The notes beneath the pieces are model-generated. The model had not been told where the DNA came from. It searched no databases and saw nothing but the letters and a program-made list of their open reading frames with translations. This document shows, piece after piece, positions 49,223-59,480 of a DNA stretch of 64,000 bases (position 1 is the first letter of the stretch; every line of letters begins with the position of its first letter). Source of the stretch: an uncultured Chloroflexia bacterium (lineage in GTDB: Bacteria > Chloroflexota > Limnocylindria > Limnocylindrales > CSP1-4). Where the stretch lies: the NCBI GenBank assembly GCA_963707215.1, contig CAVPPB010000002.1, positions 352,001 to 416,000 on the forward strand, read 5' to 3'. The position numbers were made by a program, and so were the translations under genes.

Positions 49223-50611
49223 TCAGGCGCCGGATCCGGCCGCCGGCCCGACGCTGGGTCGGACCATGCGGCCCCCGGGCTCGCCGACCAGCGAGCCATC
49301 ACGCATGATCATGCGGCCCCGGATGATGGTGGCGACGGGTGCGCCCTTGGTCTTGTCGCCGTCGAAGGGGGTGACGTGGTTCTTGCTGTGGAGCTCGTCG
49401 TCCCGGATGACCCCCTCCTTCTGCAGGTCGACGATGGTCAGGTCGCCGTCGGAGCCGAGCCGGATGGCGCCCTTCTGGGGGTACATGTCCCAGGTCTTGG
49501 CCGGCCCCTCGGACGAGGCGCGAACGAACTCCTGCAGCGTCATCCGGCCAGCGTTGACGCCATGGGTCAGGAAGTAGCTGACGCTCGTCTCGACGCCAGG
49601 GAAGCCGGAGATCGCCTTCCAGATGTCGTCGTTGAGCTTCTCCTCGGCCGTGTGTGGCGAGTGGTCGGTCGCGATCTGGCTCACCCGGCCGTCACGGAGA
49701 CCCTCGAGCAGGTAGTCGCCATGGCCCTCGCTGCCGTAGCGGATCGGCGGGTTCATCCGCAGTCGAGGACCGAGCGTGGCCATGTCCTCGGCCTTCTTGA
49801 AGACGTAGTGAGCGCCGGTCTCGCAGGTGATGTCGACGCCCTTGCCCCGCCACTCGTCGATCATGTCGAGGCCGTCGCGGCTCGAGAGGTGGAAGATGTG
49901 GATCTTCGTCCCGGTGTGCCGAGCGTAGAGGCCCATCCGCTGGATCGACTCGACCTCCGCCAGGGGCGGACGCGAGTCGACATGAGCGAGCGGATCGTTG
50001 CGCCCCGCCGCCTTGAACTGGCGGATGAGGTGCTGCATGATCTCGTTGTTCTCGGCGTGGAAGCCGATCCGAAGGCCGGTGGCCTGGATCTCGCGCAGGC
50101 CGTCGAGCATCATCCCGTCGTCCGGGGCGGGGATGTTCCCGATCGTCTCGCCCAGGAAGCACTTGTAGCCCACGACCCCGGCCTCGGCCAGTGACCGGAG
50201 GGCCGGGACGCTGTCCTGGACCAGCAGGCCGATGATCCCGAAGTCGACGTATGACTTCTCCTCGGCCAGCTTCCGCTTGAGCTCGACGCCCGCGACGGTG
50301 TCGGTCTTGGGGTTCGTGTTGGGCATCTCGACGACGGTCGTGACGCCACCGAACGCGGCCGCGGTGGAACCGGTCCGCCAGTCCTCCTTGTACTCGAGGC
50401 CCGGCTCACGGAAGTGGACGTGACCGTCGATGACGCCCGGCAGCACGTGCAAGCCGGTCGCATCGAATTCCTCGGCCGCGGTCAGGCCGAGCTGGCCGGG
50501 GGCCGCGATGGCGACGAACTTGCCATCCTTCATGGCCAGGTCGGCCGGGAAGGTGGCGTTCGACGTGACGACGGTTCCACCCTTGACGATCAGATCGACG
50601 GCTTGCGACAT
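49223..50611 (-). CDS. cyclic amidohydrolase (allantoinase/dihydroorotase/hydantoinase family)
   Basis: DGHVHFREPG, GGVTT..EMPN, HAEN, HLS, MNPPIR, TDHSPH. Confidence 0.9.
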   Translation of the reverse strand: MSQAVDLIVKGGTVVTSNATFPADLAMKDGKFVAIAAPGQLGLTAAEEFDATGLHVLPGVIDGHVHFREPGLEYKEDWRTGSTAAAFGGVTTVVEMPNTNPKTDTVAGVELKRKLAEEKSYVDFGIIGLLVQDSVPALRSLAEAGVVGYKCFLGETIGNIPAPDDGMMLDGLREIQATGLRIGFHAENNEIMQHLIRQFKAAGRNDPLAHVDSRPPLAEVESIQRMGLYARHTGTKIHIFHLSSRDGLDMIDEWRGKGVDITCETGAHYVFKKAEDMATLGPRLRMNPPIRYGSEGHGDYLLEGLRDGRVSQIATDHSPHTAEEKLNDDIWKAISGFPGVETSVSYFLTHGVNAGRMTLQEFVRASSEGPAKTWDMYPQKGAIRLGSDGDLTIVDLQKEGVIRDDELHSKNHVTPFDGDKTKGAPVATIIRGRMIMRDGSLVGEPGGRMVRPSVGPAAGSGA

Positions 50612-50737
50612 CTCGTGCTCGTTGCTCCTCTTGGGCCCGGGATGGTGGTCGGCCTTCTCCATCGTCGGGCTCGACGGGGAAGGCTCGGGTCGGCAGTCGC
50701 CGGCCCGGTCATCGGAGGCGCGGTCGTTGGTCCCCCC

Positions 50738-52279
50738 TCACCCCCTTGGATCAGCGGCAGCCGGGTCGAGGATCCAGCCCCACCGCTCACGGCTGGCGCG
50801 CATGTCATCGGCTGTGACGACCGGCGGCGCGAAGCGATCCCGCCATTCCCAGGGGATGGTGGCATCGATGAGCAGGCGGGAGTTGAAGCCCCGCTCGTCG
50901 GGATGGATGGCCGGGTCGAGGGGCCCGCTCCAGGCCCGCCGGACGATGGAGACGTCGCGGGCCGGGTCGGCCCGGGTCATCACCGCCCACATGACGTCGG
51001 TGAGGCTGGTGATGTCGATGTCGGGATCGACCACGACGACGATCCGGCCCGCATAGGCCGAGGTCCCGGTCTGACCGCCCACCATCAGGGCCTGTGTCGC
51101 GTGACCGGGGTAGGCCTGGTCGATCGCGATGACGGTCATCATCCGGTTGCCCGACTCGGGCGGGCACCAGACGCCCGTCACCCGGGGCACCCCGGCCTTC
51201 CGAAGCTGATCCTCGATGAGCGCTGACTTCAGGTAGGCCAGGAAGCGGTTGTCCTCGTGAGGTGGCTTGCCCTGCGGGCAGCCCAGCAGGATGGGGTCGT
51301 CCCGGTGGTAGATCGCCTCGACGTGGATGATCGGCGTGCGATGCTCGCCACTGGCGTAGTAGCCCATCCACTCGCCGTAGGGCCCCTCGTCGTGGACCTC
51401 GTCCGGGTACATCCAGCCCTCGATGGCGATCTCGGCATTGGCCGGGATCGGCAGCCCGGTCTTGCGACCGCGCACGACCTGGATCGGCTCACCGCGGACG
51501 CCACCGGCCCAGGCCAGCTCGCTGACACCGTAGGGGATGCCCTCGGCGCAGGAGGCCATGAACAACAGCGGGTCGGCACCGGCGACCACGACGACCGGGC
51601 AGCGCTCCCCGCGATCGAACCACTGCTCGCGGATCAGCTTCCCGTGCTTCCCGGGGCTGATGTAGATGCCCAGCTCGTCGCGGCTGAAGATCTGATTGCG
51701 GTAGGTCCCCACGTTCACCCAGTCCGAGCCGGGATCCTTGAGGATGTTCATGCTCGCGGTCCCGATGTAGCGGCCACCATCGAGCGGATGCCAGAGTGGA
51801 GTGGGGAAGGCCTCGAGGTCGATCGCGTCGCCCTCGAGGACGTTCTCGAAGATCGGCCCACGCTCCACCTCGACGGGCTCGATCGGGTCAAGGTCGCCGA
51901 GGATGCCCCGCCAGAAACGGGACAGCCCTTCGTGGGTCCCTTCGCTGGCGGGCAGCCCGAGGGTCACCGCCTGGCGGCCCGGGGTGCCGTCGCAGTTGAC
52001 GATGACTCGGTGCCCGGACGGGTAGCCCGGGATGTCATCGAAGATGACGCAGGGCGAGCCCTCGGCATGATCGAGGACCTCGGTGACCTCGCCGATGCCC
52101 GCCTGCCAGTCCACGCCCCTGACGACTCGCAGTTCGCCGAGCGCCTGGACCCGCTCGATCCACTCGCGGGTATCCCGCCACGGGGGTAGGCGCTCGCCGG
52201 ACGCCGCGTCGGGTAGGTCGGTGATGGCCACGGCAGCCTCTCGGGTAGGGTGGTCCCGGCGTCCGCTCGGGAGCGCCAT
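50738..52279 (-). CDS. UbiD family prFMN-dependent (de)carboxylase
   Basis: DGGRYIGT, NVGTYR, PANAEIAIEG, EGPYGEWMGYY, VVVDPDID, IDAT. Confidence 0.93.
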   Translation of the reverse strand: MALPSGRRDHPTREAAVAITDLPDAASGERLPPWRDTREWIERVQALGELRVVRGVDWQAGIGEVTEVLDHAEGSPCVIFDDIPGYPSGHRVIVNCDGTPGRQAVTLGLPASEGTHEGLSRFWRGILGDLDPIEPVEVERGPIFENVLEGDAIDLEAFPTPLWHPLDGGRYIGTASMNILKDPGSDWVNVGTYRNQIFSRDELGIYISPGKHGKLIREQWFDRGERCPVVVVAGADPLLFMASCAEGIPYGVSELAWAGGVRGEPIQVVRGRKTGLPIPANAEIAIEGWMYPDEVHDEGPYGEWMGYYASGEHRTPIIHVEAIYHRDDPILLGCPQGKPPHEDNRFLAYLKSALIEDQLRKAGVPRVTGVWCPPESGNRMMTVIAIDQAYPGHATQALMVGGQTGTSAYAGRIVVVVDPDIDITSLTDVMWAVMTRADPARDVSIVRRAWSGPLDPAIHPDERGFNSRLLIDATIPWEWRDRFAPPVVTADDMRASRERWGWILDPAAADPRG

Positions 52280-52399
52280 GGGGTGCGCTTGTATGCAGCG
52301 GTATCTTACGGTTCTCCGTACGCTGGGTCAACGGCGCACGGCCGTCATGTCAGCGGCGGGAGTCAGCCCGGCCGCCTCGCCGTACGCATCGAGGACCAC

Positions 52400-53167
52400 G
52401 TGGACCTGGCCGCCCCGATCATCGCGCTGCTCGTGCTCGCGGTCTTCGGTGCGGCCTTCGTCAACGGGATCTTCGGCTTCGGGTTCGCCCTCCTCGCGGT
52501 GGTCGCCCTGGGCATCGCCCTGGGCGCCAAGGAGGGCGTGATCGTCATGAGCCTGCTCACCCCGGTGATGAGCGGGATGCAGCTCTGGCGGTTCCGCGAT
52601 CGGGTCGGGATCTGGTCACGGCTTCGCTGGCTGCTGGCCGGGGCGCTGGTGGGCTCGGTCATCGGCACCCAGCTGCTCGTCGTCCTGCCCGGCTGGGCGA
52701 TCTCGCTGGCCCTCGGCGGCTTCACCGTCTGGTACGTGATCGGCGCCCTGCGACGCGAACGCCCACCCATCCGGGCTGCCGTGGAGCGACGGCTGGCGCC
52801 CGCCGTCGGGCTGGTCGCCGGCATCTCCAACGGGACGATCGGCGCCTCCGGCCCGGTGCTCGGCAGCTACCTCACCGCGATCGGGCTTCGCCGCCAGGAT
52901 TTCGTGGCTGGCATCTCGATCATCTTCTTCGCCATGAGCCTGGCCCGCGTCAGCCTGCTCGGCGCGCTCGGGCAATACACCGTCCCGATCGTCGTCGCGG
53001 CCCTCGTGCTGGTGGTCCCATCATGGGTCGGCCAGCGGACCGGCTTCTGGATGCAGGGCCGGCTCCGGGCGGAGCTCTTCCAGCGGGCCATCCTCGTCGT
53101 CCTCCTGGTGGCCAGCGCGCTGCTGCTGGGCCGTGGGCTGGAGGGACTGCTCCAGGCGCTCTCCTGA
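52400..53167 (+). CDS. TauE/SafE family membrane protein
   Basis: GIFGFGFA and GTIGASGP repeats, about 8 TM. Confidence 0.88.
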   Translation: MDLAAPIIALLVLAVFGAAFVNGIFGFGFALLAVVALGIALGAKEGVIVMSLLTPVMSGMQLWRFRDRVGIWSRLRWLLAGALVGSVIGTQLLVVLPGWAISLALGGFTVWYVIGALRRERPPIRAAVERRLAPAVGLVAGISNGTIGASGPVLGSYLTAIGLRRQDFVAGISIIFFAMSLARVSLLGALGQYTVPIVVAALVLVVPSWVGQRTGFWMQGRLRAELFQRAILVVLLVASALLLGRGLEGLLQALS

Positions 53168-53230
53168 CCGGCTGGCGTCGGGTGATCCGTGACGGTCCAG
53201 GCTGACGTCCAGGCTCCGGCCAGGTCTGGT

Positions 53231-53929
53231 CTATCGAGACGAGCCGGCGGCCGACCGCAGGTAGTCGAGGACCTCCTCGAGGGGCACGACGTCGGCGTAC
53301 TTCTGGTCGATGTCGAAGAGGTTGATCGCGTGCGAGGCCTCGTCTCGGTCGAACACGCAGGGCTCGGGCACGACGACCTTGTACCGATAGGCCTTGGCGT
53401 CGACGACCGTCGCCCGGACGCAGCCGCTGGTCGATTCGCCGGCCACGACCACCGTGTCGACGCCCAGCCCGGTGAGCAGCCCGGCCAGCGGCGTGCCCCA
53501 GAACGCGCTCGGCGCGGTCTTGCGGAGGACCACCTCGCCGTCGATCGGAGCGACCTCGTCGACGATCTCGTAGCGGCGTCGCCGGCGGTCGCGGGCCTCG
53601 GGCGAGTCGTCGCCGGGGCCACGCGGATCGCGCCAGCCAGGCATCCCCTCGAGGCCGGTCACGTGGATCACCGGGAGCGCCAGCTCGCGGGTCGTCTCGA
53701 GCAGCCGGGCGATGTGGGGGAGTGCCTCCCAGCCGGCCAGGCCGCACGACCCGGGCCAGGTCGCCAGCGTCTCCAGGAGTGGCTCGGGACGGTCTCCGAA
53801 GACCCACCGGTACAGGTCGACCAGCAGCAGGGCCGGTCGTTGGCCGGTGCCCTTCCTGACCGCCGGCTGGGCCGCCAGCCTGGCGCGGTCCTGGTCCGTC
53901 AGGAAGCGGTCCCAGGGTCGCTCGGTCAT
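53231..53929 (-). CDS. isochorismatase-family cysteine hydrolase (amidase-like)
   Basis: ALLLVD, KTAPSAFWGT, GESTSGCVRATVVDA. Confidence 0.9.
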   Translation of the reverse strand: MTERPWDRFLTDQDRARLAAQPAVRKGTGQRPALLLVDLYRWVFGDRPEPLLETLATWPGSCGLAGWEALPHIARLLETTRELALPVIHVTGLEGMPGWRDPRGPGDDSPEARDRRRRRYEIVDEVAPIDGEVVLRKTAPSAFWGTPLAGLLTGLGVDTVVVAGESTSGCVRATVVDAKAYRYKVVVPEPCVFDRDEASHAINLFDIDQKYADVVPLEEVLDYLRSAAGSSR

Positions 53930-54114
53930 CGTCGGGATCCTCCGTCTGCTGGGTCACGGTCCCGGCGCAGCGCCGCTCCGGGCCTCGCACACGCTTGCAT
54001 ACCGTGGTCGCCATCGTAGCATCGCGATGCCCTTGGTCGGCCCCGTCGACCGTGCTACCTTGCCTCCTGCATGCATGCGTGGACAGGAGTCCGCCGGATC
54101 GCCGGGGTGGTCTG

Positions 54115-54993
54115 GTGACGACGACCCAGAGCCCCGGGGCCCGGCTCCGGGCGCTGCTCGAGCGGCCCGGGATCCTGCTGCTGCCCGGCACGGCCGACGC
54201 CCTCATGGCCCGGGTCGCGGTGGCGGCCGGATTCGAGGCCGTGTATGCGACCGGTGCCGGCATCGCCAACACCCTGCTTGGTCGGCCCGACGTCGGGCTG
54301 GTGACGTTGACCGAGCTGGCCGATCAGGTCGCCCGCATCTGCGATGTCGTCGAGGTCCCCGTCCTGGTCGACATCGACACCGGCTTCGGGAATGCCCTCA
54401 ACGCCCGACGGGCCGTCCGGGCGGTGGAGCGGGCCGGCGCCGCAGGCATCCAGATCGAGGACCAGACGTTCCCCAAGCGCTGCGGGCACTTCGCCGGCAA
54501 GGAGGTGGTCCCGCCGGCGGCGATGCTGGCAAAGCTGCGGGCCGTCCTGGACGCCAGGGCCGACCCGGCCCTGGTCGTCGTGGCCCGGACGGATGCCCTC
54601 GCGGTCGAGGGCTTCGAGGCGTCGATCGATCGGGCGCTCGCGTTCGTCGAGGCCGGCGCCGACGTCGTCTTCGTCGAGGCGCCGACGACGCGCGAGCAGC
54701 TGGCCGAGCTCCCTCGGCGCATCCCGGCGCCGCTCCTGGTCAACGTCGTCGAGGGCGGGCGCACGCCGGTCCTGCCGGCCTCGGAGCTCGAGGCCCTCGG
54801 CTACCGGATCGCCCTCTTCGCCAACACCGCCCTTCGGCTGGCGACCCGGGCCGCCCTCGACGGGCTGCGCGAGCTCCGGGCGACCGGCGACCCCGATCGC
54901 CTGGCCGACCGGGTCCTCGGCTGGGATGACCGTCAGGCGCTCGTCGGGCTGCCGGAGATCGAGGCCCTGGAGGCGCGCTACCCCGATGGCTGA
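54115..54993 (+). CDS. isocitrate lyase/PEP mutase family C-C lyase (2-methylisocitrate or 2,3-dimethylmalate lyase-like)
   Basis: DIDTGFG, IEDQTFPKRCGH, ARTDA, GADVVFVEA. Confidence 0.9.
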   Translation: MTTTQSPGARLRALLERPGILLLPGTADALMARVAVAAGFEAVYATGAGIANTLLGRPDVGLVTLTELADQVARICDVVEVPVLVDIDTGFGNALNARRAVRAVERAGAAGIQIEDQTFPKRCGHFAGKEVVPPAAMLAKLRAVLDARADPALVVVARTDALAVEGFEASIDRALAFVEAGADVVFVEAPTTREQLAELPRRIPAPLLVNVVEGGRTPVLPASELEALGYRIALFANTALRLATRAALDGLRELRATGDPDRLADRVLGWDDRQALVGLPEIEALEARYPDG

Positions 54994-55020
54994 GTCAACA
55001 CGCCGCTTGGAGGGTCCCCG

Positions 55021-56193
55021 ATGACCGACGTCGTTCCTGTCCCCTGCTCCATCCTCCGGGGCGGCACCAGCAAGGGCGTCTTCTTCCGCCACGATGCGCT
55101 GCCGACCGACCGAGCTGCCATCGAGCGGATCCTGCTCGACGTCTTCGGCAGCCCGGACGTCCGCCAGATCGACGGTCTCGGCGGGGCGACGTCGCAGACG
55201 AGCAAGGCGGCGATCGTCGGGCCACCCAGCCGGCCCGACGCCGACATCGATTACACCTTCGCCCAGGTCTCGGTCGTCGACGCGCTGGTCGACTGGGGTG
55301 GCAACTGCGGCAACATCTCGTCGGCCGTCGGGCCGTTCGCCATCGACGAGGGCTTCGTCGCGGCGACCGGGGACAGCACCGTGGTCCGGATCCACAACAC
55401 CAACACGGACAAGATCATCGTGGCCCACGTGCCGACCGACGACGGCCGGGCTCGGGTGGTCGGCGACCTGGCCATCCCCGGCGTTCCGGGGACCGCTCCC
55501 CGGATCCTGCTCGAGTTCACCGATCCGGCCGGCTCGGTGACCGGCCGCCTGCTGCCGACCGGCCGGCCCCGCGACGAGGTGGAGCTGGCCGACGGACGCC
55601 TGCTCGAGGTCTCCGTCGTGGACGCCGCCAACCCGGTCGTCTTCCTGCGGGCGAGCGACCTGGGCTTCGCCGGCACGGAGCTGCCGGCCGAGATCGAGGC
55701 CCGGACGGATGCGACGGCACGGCTCGAGGAGGTCCGTGGGATCGTGGCCGAGTGGCTCGGCATCGTCGACGACCGGAGCGAGGCGACGCGCCGCTCGCCA
55801 GGCCTGCCCAAGGTCGGCTTCGTGGCCCCGCCGGCCGACTACCGGACCACCGAGGGCTCGGACCTGTCTGCCGGGGCGCTGGACGTCGTCGGTCGACTCA
55901 TGTCCATGCAGACGGCCCACCGCTCGTACATGGCGACCGGGGCCATCGCCACGGCGGCAGCCGCCGTCGTTTCGGGGACGCTGGTCCACGAGGCGGCCCG
56001 CCCGGTCGCCCAGCGGCCCGAGCACGATGGCCTGCGGATCGGGCACCCCTATGGGGTCATGGGCACCGTGATCCGCGCCGACGTGACGACCGACCCGCCG
56101 ACGATCCACGGGGTGGCGGTGGCGCGGACGGCCCGTCACATCCTCGACGGGACGGTCTGGGTCCGCCGTCGAGCCGTCGAGGGCGGGGCCTAG
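55021..56193 (+). CDS. PrpF family isomerase
   Basis: RGGTSKG, QIDGLGG, GNCGNISS, GRLLPTG, RTAR. Confidence 0.92.
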   Translation: MTDVVPVPCSILRGGTSKGVFFRHDALPTDRAAIERILLDVFGSPDVRQIDGLGGATSQTSKAAIVGPPSRPDADIDYTFAQVSVVDALVDWGGNCGNISSAVGPFAIDEGFVAATGDSTVVRIHNTNTDKIIVAHVPTDDGRARVVGDLAIPGVPGTAPRILLEFTDPAGSVTGRLLPTGRPRDEVELADGRLLEVSVVDAANPVVFLRASDLGFAGTELPAEIEARTDATARLEEVRGIVAEWLGIVDDRSEATRRSPGLPKVGFVAPPADYRTTEGSDLSAGALDVVGRLMSMQTAHRSYMATGAIATAAAAVVSGTLVHEAARPVAQRPEHDGLRIGHPYGVMGTVIRADVTTDPPTIHGVAVARTARHILDGTVWVRRRAVEGGA

Positions 56194-57191
56194 TAGCGGT
56201 CGAACATCCCCTGGATCCGGTCGGGGTCGCTGGTCGCCGCGAGGCCCAGCCTCAGCAGGATCCGTGCCTTCCACGGCTGGAGGTTGTCGGAGGCGACCCA
56301 GCCCTTGCGGATCAGCCCAGGGCTGCGCACCGCCCGGCCGGACCCGACCCGGGTGCCCTGGCAGACGAGCACCCCGGCCGCGGCGGCGCGGTCCAGCGCG
56401 GCGATCTCATCGGGCGTCGGCCGGCCAGCCCCTGTCCCGGCGCTGACGATGCCCCGTGCTCCCGCCGCGACCGCCGCGTCGATCATCGTCCCGTCGGCCC
56501 CGAGGTACGAGACGACGATGTCCACCCGGGGCAGCTCGCCCAGGGTCTCGAGGTCGAACTCCGTGGCGGTCGTGTGGGGTCGCGCCGGGGCGTGGTAGAA
56601 GACCACCCGGCCATCGTTGTCGGCGTAGCCGAGCGGCCCGAGGTCTCGGGCCTGGAACGTCTCGACCCGGTAGGTGGCGGTCTTGGTCACGTCGCGGGCG
56701 CCGAGGATCGTGTCATTCAGGACGACGAGCACGCCCATGCCCCGAGAGGCCGGGTCGGCCGCGACCCGGACGCCGTTCAGGAGGTTCAGGTACCCGTCGG
56801 CGCTGACCGCGGACGAGGGTCGCATCGCCCCGACGAGGACGACCGGCCGGTCCGTCTTGAGGGCCAGGTGGAGGAAGTAGGCGGTCTCTTCGAGGGTGTT
56901 GGTGCCGTGGGTGATGACGACGCCGTCGGCGCGATCCTCCTCGAAGAGCCCGTGGATGGTGCGGACGAGCTCGACGAGGTCGCCGTCCTTGATCGCCTGG
57001 CTCGGCAGCCGCCGGAACGGGATCTCCTCGACCGTCGCGATGTCGGCGAGCTCCGGGACCCGGGCCACCAGTTCGCCGTCGGCCAGCCGCTGGTTCGCCT
57101 CCAGGTACCAGGCCAGGTCCAGCCGGTCCGTCCCGACCGAATCGATCGTGCCTCCCGTGAGGATCAGCGCCACCCGCGCCCTTCCGTCCAT
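56190..57191 (-). CDS. asparaginase/glutaminase family amidohydrolase
   Basis: GGAGGTGA RBS; TGGTI, HGTNTLEETAY, GAMRP, KARILL. Confidence 0.9.
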   Translation of the reverse strand: MDGRARVALILTGGTIDSVGTDRLDLAWYLEANQRLADGELVARVPELADIATVEEIPFRRLPSQAIKDGDLVELVRTIHGLFEEDRADGVVITHGTNTLEETAYFLHLALKTDRPVVLVGAMRPSSAVSADGYLNLLNGVRVAADPASRGMGVLVVLNDTILGARDVTKTATYRVETFQARDLGPLGYADNDGRVVFYHAPARPHTTATEFDLETLGELPRVDIVVSYLGADGTMIDAAVAAGARGIVSAGTGAGRPTPDEIAALDRAAAAGVLVCQGTRVGSGRAVRSPGLIRKGWVASDNLQPWKARILLRLGLAATSDPDRIQGMFDRY

Positions 57192-57195
57192 CCGC

Positions 57196-58515
57196 TCACC
57201 TCCGCTCGTCGGTCCGTGTCCGGGACGCGAGCTCCCGGTCACTGTCGACAATGGTATCCCGTCGCGCTCCGTTGCCCGGCGGATCATCCGCTGATCGGCT
57301 GGTGGCCCACTGGATCCCGACGATCGCGACCGCCGCCAGCACGACGACGGCGATCGCCGGGAACGCGACAGCGAAGCCGGCTCGCTCGATCAGGAGACCG
57401 GCCGCGAGCGGGCCGATGACCAGGGCCAGGTCGGCCACGAAGCGATTCCGACCGACTGCCCGACCCAGCCCGGCGACGCCGAGGTGGTCTCCCAGCAGCG
57501 CCAGCGGCACCCCGTTGCCGACGCGCCCCATGGCGAGCAGCGAGGTCACCAGGACGAACCCGGCCAGGGCATCGACGGCCGGGAAGGCCACAAGGGCCAC
57601 CGCGCAGGACAGCAGCCCCGGGACCAGGATCCGGCGTCGGCCGTAGCGGTCGGACAGCTCGGATCCGACCAGGCTGATGGCGAAGCGGAGGAGCGTCGCG
57701 AACCCCAGGACCATGCCGATGACCGCCGGGCCGAGCCCGATGGCGGTGCCGGCGAACAGGGGTACGGCCGTCTGGACGGCGGCACCGGTGACGAAGAAGA
57801 GGGCGAAGGTCGACCCGTCCACCGCCGCGACGAGCGATCGGCTCGGGCGTACCGGGTCCCCGGACGACTCGGCGCGGTCGCCGACGGGTGACGATCGGCC
57901 GGCGGCGGATGCCGCCGCGGCAGGCGGTCGCCCGGACGCGGCCCGGCCCTCCGACACGACGAAGAACAGCGCCCCGGACAGCGACAGGCCCGCCGCCACC
58001 ATGAAGGCCGCCTGCCAGCCCCACACCGCACTGGCGATCCCGGCGACGGCAGGACTCAGGGTCGACCCTGCCTGGAGCGAGGCGTTGTACAGGCCGAGGG
58101 TGCGTCCCCGGTGGCGGGGATCCGTCGCGGCCATCAGGCTGATGACCGCGGCAACGGCCATCAGCGCGGAACCGACCCCGGCTACCGCCTGGCCGACCAG
58201 CAGCACGATGAACGTCGGGGCCAGGGCGGACCCGAGCGAGCCGACCGCCGCCAGGAGCGCCCCGCTCACCAGCATCCGCGCAGGTCGGATGCGCTCCGTC
58301 AGGACCCCACCGGGGAGGTCGGTGAGCAGCCGGGCGAGGCCCCAGGTCGTCGTCGTGAGGGCCACCATCACGGCGGAGATGCCGAACGCCGACTGGAGCT
58401 CGGGGAGGATCGGCAGGGCGGCGGCCGAGCTGGCCTGGGCCAGGAGGACGGCCCCATAGATGGGGATGGACCGTCCGTCGAGCCGCGGCCGGGTGGTCGG
58501 TTCGTCGGACCCCAT
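57196..58515 (-). CDS. MFS transporter
   Basis: About 12 TM, LSDRYGRR motif A. Confidence 0.88.
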   Translation of the reverse strand: MGSDEPTTRPRLDGRSIPIYGAVLLAQASSAAALPILPELQSAFGISAVMVALTTTTWGLARLLTDLPGGVLTERIRPARMLVSGALLAAVGSLGSALAPTFIVLLVGQAVAGVGSALMAVAAVISLMAATDPRHRGRTLGLYNASLQAGSTLSPAVAGIASAVWGWQAAFMVAAGLSLSGALFFVVSEGRAASGRPPAAAASAAGRSSPVGDRAESSGDPVRPSRSLVAAVDGSTFALFFVTGAAVQTAVPLFAGTAIGLGPAVIGMVLGFATLLRFAISLVGSELSDRYGRRRILVPGLLSCAVALVAFPAVDALAGFVLVTSLLAMGRVGNGVPLALLGDHLGVAGLGRAVGRNRFVADLALVIGPLAAGLLIERAGFAVAFPAIAVVVLAAVAIVGIQWATSRSADDPPGNGARRDTIVDSDRELASRTRTDERR

Positions 58516-58532
58516 CGGCCGCAGCGGCCGGT

Positions 58533-59249
58533 CTAGCGGAGCGCCGTCTCGGCGTACTCCTGGAGTTGCATCCGGACCACGTACTCGCGCGCCGCCATCA
58601 GGTGCCCCTTCGAAGCCCGCTCAGCCGCCTCGGGATCGTGGTTCTCGAGCGCCTCGAGGATCGCCAGGTGCTCGTCGAGGACATGGTGGACCCGGTCCGG
58701 GCTGGCGAACGGCAGGGTGCTGAAGCGACGCACGAAGTCGCGCAGATCACGGGCGACCCTGGCCAGCATCCGGTTCCCCGCGGCGCCGTAGATGACGTCG
58801 TGGAACCGCGCGTTGGCGAGGATGATCTGCTCGCGTCGGTCGGTCTCGGTCGCCTCGCGCATCGATTCGACGATGAGGTGCAGCCGAGCGAGCTCGGATG
58901 GGGTGATGCGGTGGGCCGCCAACCGGGCCGCCAGGGAGTCCAGGGCCTCGCGGAGGATGAAGACGTCCTCGATCTCGCTGGGCTCCGGGGCGTGGACGAC
59001 GATCCCGCGGGCCGGGTCGGCAAGGACGAGGTTCTCCGCCGCCAGCCGCTTCAGCGCCTCGCGGACCGGAGTCCGGCTGACCCCGAACTCGGCGGCGATC
59101 GACAGCTCGATGAGCCGGGTGTCCGGCGCGAGCTCGCCGGAGATGATCCGCTCCTTCAGCTTCCGGTAGACCAGCTCGCTGCTGGGCAGGCCGTCGCTGC
59201 CGGAACGGGGGGCGCGGGTCGATCTGGCGGTGCTTGTCGTCTTCGGCAT
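58533..59249 (-). CDS. GntR family regulator (FadR subfamily, FCD domain)
   Basis: GVSRTPVREAL HTH; FCD motifs NARFH, GN, EH, H. Confidence 0.95.
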   Translation of the reverse strand: MPKTTSTARSTRAPRSGSDGLPSSELVYRKLKERIISGELAPDTRLIELSIAAEFGVSRTPVREALKRLAAENLVLADPARGIVVHAPEPSEIEDVFILREALDSLAARLAAHRITPSELARLHLIVESMREATETDRREQIILANARFHDVIYGAAGNRMLARVARDLRDFVRRFSTLPFASPDRVHHVLDEHLAILEALENHDPEAAERASKGHLMAAREYVVRMQLQEYAETALR

Positions 59250-59346
59250 CTCATCGCATACAACTGCGTTCGCGCGAGTATAGGGAACGTGGGGTCGGAG
59301 TGCCAGCCCGATTTGGCCATGGCATCGCGCGGTCGTCGTTCCTGCA

Positions 59347-59391
59347 TTGACCGGGCATCGGTGCACCTTTAGAATGCCGCGGCATACAGTC
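59347..59391 (+). promoter_or_regulatory. sigma70-type promoter with GCATAC operator
   Basis: TTGACC-N17-TAGAAT then GCCGCGGCATACAGTC. Confidence 0.7.
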
Positions 59392-59480
59392 GCGCTCCAT
59401 CGTTGCGACCGCGCCACCGGAGATCGACCTAGATGCTCCGGCACAGGCGGGCGATGGAGAGCAGCTTGGAGGAGGCATTC

